A stretch of DNA of 64,000 nt, from contig CAMDEU010000002.1 in NCBI GenBank assembly GCA_945897085.1, positions 4 through 64,003 on the forward strand, in the 5' to 3' direction. Source of the DNA: Spirosoma fluviale (GTDB lineage Bacteria; Bacteroidota; Bacteroidia; Cytophagales; Cyclobacteriaceae). The position numbers and the translations under genes were made by a program. The number at the start of each line of letters is the position of its first letter. Position 1 is the stretch's first letter. The notes below the pieces were generated by a model. It saw only the letters and a program-made list of their open reading frames with translations, was not told where the DNA came from and did not search any database. This document shows, piece after piece, positions 17,699 to 25,352 of the stretch.

Positions 17699-20677
17699 CT
17701 ACTTTATGCCTCCTTCAGCCTGCTTCATTCGAGCAAAGTAATCCTTTGCAGCAGCTTTCACCTTAGGGGCTAAATACAGCGCTGCGATCATGTTCGGAAA
17801 CGCCATCACCGCATACATTCCATCGACCAAACTCACGACCAAATCTAAGGAAACAACAGCCCCTACCACGATCATAATCAAGTAAATATAGTTGTAGTAC
17901 CCCGCCATCTTCGCCCCAAAGAGGTAGCTGGCGCATTTTTGACCGTAATAAGAGTACGTAAACATAGTGGAAAGCGCAAAAACCAATGCCGAAATCATCA
18001 AGAGGTATTTTCCAAACACCGGTATACCCAGTTCAAACGCTTCGAGTGTCAATTTGACCCCATCATTTTCAGTGTTTTGCCAAACTCCAGTCAGTAAAAT
18101 TGCAAAAGCAGTGAGCGAACAAACTACAACTGTATCGATGAAGGGGCCCAACATGGCAATTAATCCCTCACGAATCGGCTCATTGGTCTTGGATTGACCA
18201 TGAACCATTGGAGCAGTGCCCAAACCTGCTTCATTGGAAAATAAGGACCTTCTAGCACCAATAATGATCACCGAACCCACGGCCCCTCCCATGACTGCAT
18301 TTCCTGTAAAAGCGTCAACAAAGATCAGTTGAAACACTTCAGGAATGTTTCCAAAATATTGGACAATAATGATTAATACGGCGAAAAAATAGATGCCCAC
18401 CATAAAAGGAACCATTTTTGAAGCTACTGAAGCAATACGCTGAATCCCTCCCAAAATCACCACCGCTGTCATCAGCATCATGATGACCCCGATGATCCAA
18501 TTATTTCTGGTCGTTTCTGCTGCGGTTTCCGGCTCCAAAAGCACTGCCTGAATCACAGCCGCCAATTGATTGGATGTAAATACGGCCAACAAACCAATGA
18601 TTCCTGCAACACAAAAAATATAGGCTAGAAATTTCCATTTCTTACCCATCCCATGCTCGATGATGTACATGGGACCCCCTTGGATTACTCCTGTTGAATC
18701 CTTGCCTCGGTACATGATGGACAAACTACAGGTGTAGTACTTGGTGGCCATACCCACAAAAGCAGCTACCCACATCCAAAAAAGTGCTCCTGGACCTCCC
18801 ATATTTATGGCAATGGCTACGCCAGAAATATTTCCTAAACCCACCGTAGATGCAATGGCTGACATGAGTGCTTGTTTGGAGGTGATTTCTCCTGGAGCCA
18901 ATTTATCCTCATATTTTCCTTTCAAGAGTTCTATGGCATGCCCCAATTTTGTAAGTGGAACAAAGCCAGAGTGGATAAAAAAGAACGTCCCACCACCCAA
19001 AAGCAAAATCAAAATTGGCGGACCCCAAATCCAATTGCTAAAAGTGATAATAAGCTCTTCCAAAGCACTTTTTTTCTTCGTTTCCCAGGTTACTTTGGGG
19101 GATTTGTAAAAATCAACTCCTTGAATGGTCCATCTATCTCCTTGAACAGGGATACGTCCCGAAAAACTATCCCAGCTCCTTTGCTCTTTTTTAGTCCAAG
19201 CTACCTCAGCAAAAGCTGCTAATCTTGGAAAAGCCAAGTAGTCAATATCGGCACGATTTGTAACGGTCTCAGACCAGAGCGGTGCCTCAACACCTAAAAT
19301 ATCCTCCCTTGCAAGTCCCTTTACATACGTTGTAGGTTCCCATAAATAGGCAGAATCTAATTCAATGTAAGCAGCCCAATGCAAGCCAATTCGAGAAAGG
19401 CTATCGTACTGCATGTCGAGGTAGGTCTTTTTGGCTGGAGATAGCAAGATCTTATTTCCTTGGTTTTTTGCTAGAATTGCATTCTCTTCCTCAGCCCAAA
19501 ACTGCGCGATATTGCCAGGAAGCAATTTGCCAGTGGCCACCTCATCCCAGCCCATGCTTACTTTGTTATACTTGGACACAATATCCTGCACTCGCTCTAC
19601 GAAATAGATATAGTCCTCTTTTTCGGTCACAAGGGACTCATCCCCACCAATATGGAAATATGGACCAGGAGTGATCAAGGAAATTTCTCTGACCACACTA
19701 TCCACGAAAGCATAAGTCACTTCCAATTGTGGAGCAAACGTACTCCAGCCTACCTCAATGCCCGTATACATTTGAGAAGCTTGAGGAGCTCTGAGTGACA
19801 ATTGGTAGTCTAAAGGCTTTTTATTAAGTGAATCTAAGCCTTGGCCTATGGGTAAGTTGACCCCAGGGTTTAATTCTGCATAAGAAGCAAGCGCCGAATT
19901 GGTATGTCCAGGCATATCAATTTCCGGAACAATCGTTATAAATCTAGCTGCTGCGTACGAAACGAGTTCCTTGTATTCCTCTTGGGTGTAAAATCCTCCT
20001 TTGCCCCCTCCCACTTCAGTGCTGCCTCCTATTTCGGTTAATTTAGGCCAAGATTTGATCTCTATTCGCCAGCCCTGATCATCAGTCAAGTGCAAATGAA
20101 GGTAATTGAGCTTCAAGCTGGCCATCTGGTCGATGTAAAACCTCACATCCTCAATAGCTATAAAATGACGAGCCACATCCAGCATGGACCCTCTGTAGGC
20201 AAATTCAGGCGTGTCAACTACTTTACCCTGTGGTACAAGCCAATCGACCTCTTGAACTGTTTGATGCCTGATCTCCGCTGGAAAAAGTTGAATGAGAGTT
20301 TGTATTCCATAAAAAAGCCCTGCTTCTCCTGAGGCCTTAATTCGAACCTCCTGATCAGAAACAACTAATTCATATCCTTCTGAAGCATCAGAACTGGTTA
20401 ATTCAAGAACGATATCCCCAGAATCTTTGGAGATAGGAATCTCAAAACCAGTAGCAGGCTGAAGGCTTTTTGCAAGAAATTCAGCGATAATAGGCAACCG
20501 TTCACTACTGCCTACTAAATGAATTCCAGAGGAAGACTGTAACTGAAAGGTTCCACTTCCATTCGTGAGTTCTTGAGGCAACGGAATCAAACCTGCTTCT
20601 GTAATGGATGCAGGCTTTTGACATGATCCTAAAATAAAGAGAGAGCCAACGACAAGGGTCCAGAGTATATTTTTCAT
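17699..20677 (-). CDS. Fusion of lipoprotein GH20 beta-N-acetylhexosaminidase and alanine/glycine:cation symporter (AGCS)
   Basis: ATG 20677, lipobox LGSC. GH20 motifs YRGSMLDVARH, HLTDDQGWR, PEIDMPGH, HIGGDE. From about aa 539, AGCS motifs VGLGNISG, GGPGALFWMW, GGPMY, FSNEAGLG, GPFIDT. No stop codon between the two parts. Confidence 0.9.
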   Translation of the reverse strand: MKNILWTLVVGSLFILGSCQKPASITEAGLIPLPQELTNGSGTFQLQSSSGIHLVGSSERLPIIAEFLAKSLQPATGFEIPISKDSGDIVLELTSSDASEGYELVVSDQEVRIKASGEAGLFYGIQTLIQLFPAEIRHQTVQEVDWLVPQGKVVDTPEFAYRGSMLDVARHFIAIEDVRFYIDQMASLKLNYLHLHLTDDQGWRIEIKSWPKLTEIGGSTEVGGGKGGFYTQEEYKELVSYAAARFITIVPEIDMPGHTNSALASYAELNPGVNLPIGQGLDSLNKKPLDYQLSLRAPQASQMYTGIEVGWSTFAPQLEVTYAFVDSVVREISLITPGPYFHIGGDESLVTEKEDYIYFVERVQDIVSKYNKVSMGWDEVATGKLLPGNIAQFWAEEENAILAKNQGNKILLSPAKKTYLDMQYDSLSRIGLHWAAYIELDSAYLWEPTTYVKGLAREDILGVEAPLWSETVTNRADIDYLAFPRLAAFAEVAWTKKEQRSWDSFSGRIPVQGDRWTIQGVDFYKSPKVTWETKKKSALEELIITFSNWIWGPPILILLLGGGTFFFIHSGFVPLTKLGHAIELLKGKYEDKLAPGEITSKQALMSAIASTVGLGNISGVAIAINMGGPGALFWMWVAAFVGMATKYYTCSLSIMYRGKDSTGVIQGGPMYIIEHGMGKKWKFLAYIFCVAGIIGLLAVFTSNQLAAVIQAVLLEPETAAETTRNNWIIGVIMMLMTAVVILGGIQRIASVASKMVPFMVGIYFFAVLIIIVQYFGNIPEVFQLIFVDAFTGNAVMGGAVGSVIIIGARRSLFSNEAGLGTAPMVHGQSKTNEPIREGLIAMLGPFIDTVVVCSLTAFAILLTGVWQNTENDGVKLTLEAFELGIPVFGKYLLMISALVFALSTMFTYSYYGQKCASYLFGAKMAGYYNYIYLIMIVVGAVVSLDLVVSLVDGMYAVMAFPNMIAALYLAPKVKAAAKDYFARMKQAEGGIK

Positions 20678-20851
20678 GCTGGGGATTTTAGTCAAACATA
20701 CTTTAAAATAGTAGAAATTTGTTTTTAGGTAGTCAATAAATATGAAACATGCCTCCAAAAAAGTGGATGGGCTCAACTAAAATAAATTTTTGCCTTGCTA
20801 AAGACTTTTTCAACTATTTGTACTTACTTGATATTCCGAAATATATAGGTC

Positions 20852-22312
20852 ATGAAAAATAAAAAAACACATCAAATAGAAAGCTCAAGAAGAGACTTTA
20901 TCAAAAGTTCAGCACTCGCTTTCGCAGGAATAACACTCCTACCAAGACATGTGCTGGGTGGCCCGGGCTTCATCGCTCCTAGTGATAAACTAAGAGTAGC
21001 ATCCATCGGCATCGGGGGAATGGGATATGGTGACCTTACTGGAGTTCATAAAAGCGGCAAAGTAGACATCATAGCCCTCTGTGATGTAGACGATACCCGT
21101 GCGGCAAAAGGAAGACAAGATCATTCCAAGGCAACCTATTACAAGGATTACCGCGTGCTGCTTGAAAAAGAAGAAAAAAATATCGACGCCATAACAGTTT
21201 CTACTCCTGATCACATGCATGCTGTGCAAGCAATGATGGCTATGAAAATGGGCAAGCATGTCTACGTACAAAAGCCGCTTTCTCATGACATCTATGAAGC
21301 TCGAATGCTCACCCAAGCAGCAGAGAAATTTAAGGTAGTTACTCAGATGGGAAATCAAGGTTCCTCTGGAGAAGGGGTACGAAGTATGCTGGAATGGTAT
21401 GAGGCAGGATTAATCGGAGAAGCCACCAAAGTATGGTCTTGGACCGACCGTCCCGTTTGGCCACAGGGCATTCCTTGGCCAAGCAACCCAATTGCTCCTC
21501 CAGCAGATTTAGATTGGGACCTTTGGCTTGGTACAGCTCCCTATAAAGATTATGTGGGTAATTTGATTCCTTTCAATTGGAGAGGATGGTGGGATTACGG
21601 CACAGGAGCACTTGGAGATATGGCCTGTCACATCATGGAACCACCCTTCAGAATTTTAGGACTGGGATACCCAAAGTCCGCTGAATGTTCGGTTGGGTCG
21701 GTTTATGTAGGAGAATTTAAGAGAGGTCATTTCCCAGAAAGCTGCCCTCCCTCTTCCCATATTACCCTCCGATTTGACCGCCCAGGAAAAGAAGATTTAG
21801 AATTCCATTGGATGGATGGAGGGATAATGCCTACTCGACCAGAGGAATTAGGTCCAAATGAGATGATGGGTGACGGTGGCAATGGAGTGATTATCGAAGG
21901 AACAAAAGGCAAAATGATGTGCTCTACTTATGGTGCAAATCCGCTCCTTTTACCTACTTCAAAAACCAAGGATATTTCGGTGAAAAAATCGCTCTATCGT
22001 GTGCCGGGTGGAAATTCAGGCCACTACGAAAACTGGGTAAATGCTTGTATTGCTGGTTATGGATCGACTGAATTTAAGCAGCTTAGCTCTCCTTTTTCCA
22101 TCGCAGGACCTTTAACTGAATCCATATTGGTAGGTAATTTGGCGATCCGAAGCTACGACTATCAAGTACCACGGGCAAGTAATTCAAATCAAATGGATTA
22201 CCCAGGCCGAGGAATTAAACTCCTCTGGGATGGTCCAAATTTGAAAATTACCAATTTTGAGCCAGCAAATCAGTTTGTAACTCGCAATTATAGACCTGGT
22301 TATACCTTATAA
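20852..22312 (+). CDS. Tat-exported Gfo/Idh/MocA family oxidoreductase
   Basis: SRRDFIK Tat signal; GIGGMG, TPDHMH, VQKP and DMACH motifs. Confidence 0.92.
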   Translation: MKNKKTHQIESSRRDFIKSSALAFAGITLLPRHVLGGPGFIAPSDKLRVASIGIGGMGYGDLTGVHKSGKVDIIALCDVDDTRAAKGRQDHSKATYYKDYRVLLEKEEKNIDAITVSTPDHMHAVQAMMAMKMGKHVYVQKPLSHDIYEARMLTQAAEKFKVVTQMGNQGSSGEGVRSMLEWYEAGLIGEATKVWSWTDRPVWPQGIPWPSNPIAPPADLDWDLWLGTAPYKDYVGNLIPFNWRGWWDYGTGALGDMACHIMEPPFRILGLGYPKSAECSVGSVYVGEFKRGHFPESCPPSSHITLRFDRPGKEDLEFHWMDGGIMPTRPEELGPNEMMGDGGNGVIIEGTKGKMMCSTYGANPLLLPTSKTKDISVKKSLYRVPGGNSGHYENWVNACIAGYGSTEFKQLSSPFSIAGPLTESILVGNLAIRSYDYQVPRASNSNQMDYPGRGIKLLWDGPNLKITNFEPANQFVTRNYRPGYTL

Positions 22313-22319
22313 TAATCCT

Positions 22320-22360
22320 AAAAAAAATGTCACCCTACCAAATCCGGTGGGGTGACATTT
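22320..22360. terminator. Intrinsic terminator hairpin
   Basis: AAATGTCACCCTACC / GGTGGGGTGACATTT stem with an A-run on the left, just after the oxidoreductase stop codon. Confidence 0.7.
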
Positions 22361-22380
22361 CTAATATTCATTATCCACCA

Positions 22381-22648
22381 CCATAATCCTACCACCCTTT
22401 CAGGGTTTTGATGGAATCATCTATGATTATTTCATCTAGGATCATTTCACTAGTATCATTTCATCCCTTCGGGATTGGATAGGTTATACGATAAAAACCC
22501 AGGAGGGGTGAAAAATTATAATCCCCGCCCCAAACCCCACCGGTGTGATTTGTTTCTGCCCACTCCCCAACCCCTACGGGGTGTCATTGTCCTAGCATCA
22601 TTATGCTGGAGACATGTTTCTAACCCCTACGGGGTGATATAATTATCG
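22381..22648. repeat. REP-like hairpin cluster, left of the transposase (6 copies)
   Basis: 5-3-5 hairpins start at 22394 and 22463 (tail on the left) and at 22497, 22534, 22570, 22623 (tail on the right). Best copies: CTAG-tatcatttc-ATCCC-ttc-GGGAT and ACCCC-tac-GGGGT-gtcattgtc-CTAG. Confidence 0.88.
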
Positions 22649-22652
22649 GGCA

Positions 22653-23120
22653 TCATTTATCCGGATACGTTTCAAACAAATATCTCTCATCGTAGTCTAT
22701 TCCAGATTTTACAAGAAAATCGGTGTATTCATCTTTGAAGGTCTTTTTTTCATGATGGGTTTCTTGATTTGCAATGTATCGGTAGACATTGTCAATTTGA
22801 GAATGAGAATATGAAAAAACACCATACCCTTCTTGCCAGGAAAATTTACCTTTTACCCATTTATTTTCATTGATAAAATTGCTTGAGTTGTTTTTAATAT
22901 CACGAACGAGGTCGGGAATATTCATCGCTGGTTTCAAGCCTACAAAAACATGGACATGGTCAGAAACCCCATTTACAATAATGGGCTTTTGATTTTTCCC
23001 TTTTATGATTCCAGAGATGTATTTAAACACCTCCTCGCGCCAAGGTTTTTGTAATAAATTTTGCCTGCCTTTTACTGCAAAAACATATTGAAGATAAATC
23101 TGTGAATAACTACCTGCCAT
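22653..23120 (-). mobile_element. tnpA: IS200/IS605-family TnpA (Y1 HUH) transposase, REP-associated (RAYT-like)
   Basis: 155 aa with HUH motif DHVH, WQEGY and catalytic-Tyr motif YIANQ. No tnpB; REP-like palindromes on both sides. Confidence 0.92.
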
Positions 23121-23154
23121 AAATCCTATCGTTTAAAAAATATCATTTAAAAAT

Positions 23155-23532
23155 CTAGCATCATTTCATCCCTTCGGGATTAGGTAGTTTATACGATTGA
23201 AAGCCCGGAGGGGTGAAAAAATTAAAGAAAAGATTTTAAATCCCCACCCCAAACTCCAACAGGGTGACATGTTTCTAACCCCTACGGGGTGTAATTATGC
23301 TGGAGGCATAATGCTAGAGACATAATTATAACCCCTAAGGGGTGGAATAATTCTAGAATTGTAAGGAAAACCACCCCCAAAACCCAACGGGGTGTCATAA
23401 TCCTAGATTGTAATCAAAAAACGATTCCCAACCCCAACGGGGTGGCATAATGCTAGAATTGTAATGAAAAACGATTTCCAAACCCCGAAGGGGTGACATG
23501 ATTGTAACCCCAACGGGGTGTCATGATTGTGG
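23155..23532. repeat. REP-like hairpin cluster, right of the transposase (9 copies)
   Basis: Hairpin at 23168 (tail on the left), then 23202, 23253, 23278, 23331, 23381, 23431, 23482, 23507 (tail on the right). CTAG lies exactly 9 nt from the stem at 23155, 23353, 23403 and 23453. Confidence 0.9.
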
Positions 23533-23553
23533 GAATGATTGTAATTACATGCC

Positions 23554-24525
23554 TTATTGGTCTAAAATAATGGCAAAAATCAAAGGCGCCACAATAGTAG
23601 CATCAGATTCAATGATGAATTTCGGAGTTTTCATTCCCAGCTTACCCCAAGTGATTTTTTCATTAGGAACTGCTCCTGAATACGAACCATAAGAAGTGGT
23701 GGAATCAGAAATCTGACAGAAATAACCCCAAAGAGGAACGCTCGTGCGCTGTAAATCTTGGTGAAGCATCGGTACTACACAAATTGGAAAATCACCAGCA
23801 ATACCTCCTCCAATTTGGAAGAATCCAACAGTGCTTTTTTCAGTAGCATTTATAGTATACCATTCAGCCAAAAACATCATGTATTCTATGCCAGTTCGAA
23901 CGGTGTGTACATTCTTTACATCGCCAGAAATTACGTGACCAGCAAACATATTACCCAAGGTAGAATCCTCCCAACCTGGGACAATGATCGGTAGGTTCTT
24001 CTTTGCCGCTTCCAGCAACCAGCTATTTTTAGGGTCTATTTGGAAAGAGGCATCCAATTTGCCTGAAAGCAATATTTTGTAGAAAAATTCATGAGGAAAA
24101 AAGGCTTGCCCACTTTGATCGGCCTTCACCCATTCTTCAAGAATAACATTTTCAATTCTTCGCATCGCTTCCATTTCTGGAATACAAGTATCCGTTACGC
24201 GGTTCATGTGACGCTCCAACAAGCCTTGCTCCTGCTCAGGAGTAAGTTCACGGTAGTTTGGTACACGCTCATAATAGTCGTGAGCAACTAGGTTAAACAC
24301 ATCTTCCTCCAAATTTGCCCCTGTACAAGAGATGATTTGTACTTTGTCTTGACGGATCATTTCTGCCAAGGAAATTCCCAATTCGGCAGTGGACATTGCG
24401 CCAGCAAGAGTCACCATCATTTTACCTCCTTCATTCAGGTGGGTTTTGTATCCTTCTGCCGCATCAATAAGTGCCGCTGCATTGAAGTGACGGTAGTTGT
24501 GTTTTAAAAATTCAGTAATTTTCAT
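23554..24525 (-). CDS. Deoxyhypusine synthase-like protein (probable homospermidine synthase)
   Basis: AGAMSTAELG, TGANLEED, NRVTD, GGGIAGD, YSGAVPNEKITWGK and ESDAT motifs. Confidence 0.9.
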   Translation of the reverse strand: MKITEFLKHNYRHFNAAALIDAAEGYKTHLNEGGKMMVTLAGAMSTAELGISLAEMIRQDKVQIISCTGANLEEDVFNLVAHDYYERVPNYRELTPEQEQGLLERHMNRVTDTCIPEMEAMRRIENVILEEWVKADQSGQAFFPHEFFYKILLSGKLDASFQIDPKNSWLLEAAKKNLPIIVPGWEDSTLGNMFAGHVISGDVKNVHTVRTGIEYMMFLAEWYTINATEKSTVGFFQIGGGIAGDFPICVVPMLHQDLQRTSVPLWGYFCQISDSTTSYGSYSGAVPNEKITWGKLGMKTPKFIIESDATIVAPLIFAIILDQ

Positions 24526-24550
24526 TTCAATCGGTTTTTCTAAAGATTCG

Positions 24551-24558
24551 CAAAATTA
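24551..24558 (-). promoter_or_regulatory. Bacteroidota -7 box
   Basis: TAATTTTG on the minus strand, 25 nt before ATG 24525. Confidence 0.55.
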
Positions 24559-24573
24559 CCTTTTTTTGCGCAC

Positions 24574-24600
24574 AAAAAAACCCGGAGGGCATCCGGGTTT
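24574..24600 (-). terminator. Intrinsic terminator of the ompH-like gene
   Basis: AAACCCGGA-gggca-TCCGGGTTT stem; the A-run gives a U-tract on the minus strand. Confidence 0.8.
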
Positions 24601-24620
24601 CCAAACAATAAGCTGTTTAA

Positions 24621-25256
24621 TTATTTTTTAGCTGCTGCTGAATCTGCTGCTGTAGTCTTTGTCTCAGCTGCTGCAGGATTCGCATTGTATTTCTTATTCA
24701 ATCCTTCTACGACGGAGGCAGTCACATCAATAGCATCGGTTGCATACCAAATGGCGCCACCTCTAGTGTGACTCAAGATTAGATCAATACCATTTTCTTT
24801 TGCATAATCCTTCATAAACTCTTGCACCTGAAGGTAAACGTCATTCAAAAGAGCGGACTCATCTGTAGAAAGTTCCTGCATCAGGTTATCTCTGTAGCTG
24901 ACGAGATTTTGCTCTTTCTGCATCAACTCATCCTGCTTGGCACGAATCTGATTTTGCGTTAGATTACCTCCAGTCTGCTGGAACATGGCCACTTCTTGTT
25001 CAAAACCCTTGGCTCTAGCCTGCAAATCCAAATCCAATTTCTTTCCTTTTTCAGTAATCTCCTCAGATCTCTTTTTGAAAAAATCATACTTGTTAATTAC
25101 TGAGTCAGTATGCACGTATGCAATTTTCAGGTTGCCAGCAGCTGCACCCTCTTTTGAAGAGGAATCAGCTCCAGCTGAATCTGATTTTTTACCACAGGAA
25201 TAAACCACTACTGCTACGAGAGCTAGAACAACGAAACGTGTAAAAATTTTTTTCAC
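24621..25256 (-). CDS. OmpH/Skp family chaperone, lipoprotein type
   Basis: GTG 25256, lipobox VYSC, KIAYVHTD, coiled coil, YAKENGIDLIL and DVTASVVEGLN. Confidence 0.85.
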   Translation of the reverse strand: MKKIFTRFVVLALVAVVVYSCGKKSDSAGADSSSKEGAAAGNLKIAYVHTDSVINKYDFFKKRSEEITEKGKKLDLDLQARAKGFEQEVAMFQQTGGNLTQNQIRAKQDELMQKEQNLVSYRDNLMQELSTDESALLNDVYLQVQEFMKDYAKENGIDLILSHTRGGAIWYATDAIDVTASVVEGLNKKYNANPAAAETKTTAADSAAAKK

Positions 25257-25283
25257 TTGGATAGAATTAGGGTTAACAGGTCG

Positions 25284-25291
25284 CAAATATA
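25284..25291 (-). promoter_or_regulatory. Bacteroidota -7 box
   Basis: TATATTTG on the minus strand, 27 nt before GTG 25256. It overlaps the ORF-track start at 25286, which argues against that start. Confidence 0.55.
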
Positions 25292-25352
25292 GATAAAGTA
25301 TTCATTTTGCAAGAATTACAGAAAAATTCCCACGTTAAAATCAGTTAAAGTA

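Noticed and set aside
22653-23120. IS605/TnpB (OMEGA) RNA-guided element
   Set aside because: There is no tnpB or iscB ORF or recognisable remnant on either side.
23331-23532. CRISPR array interpretation of the 50-bp periodic repeats
   Set aside because: The repeats are degenerate, the 24-25 nt linkers resemble each other rather than being unique spacers, and there are no cas genes. The adjacent Y1 transposase explains them as REPs.
23498-23692. 64-aa plus-strand ORF
   Set aside because: It starts inside the REP array and runs antisense to the DHS-like gene, so it is a shadow ORF.
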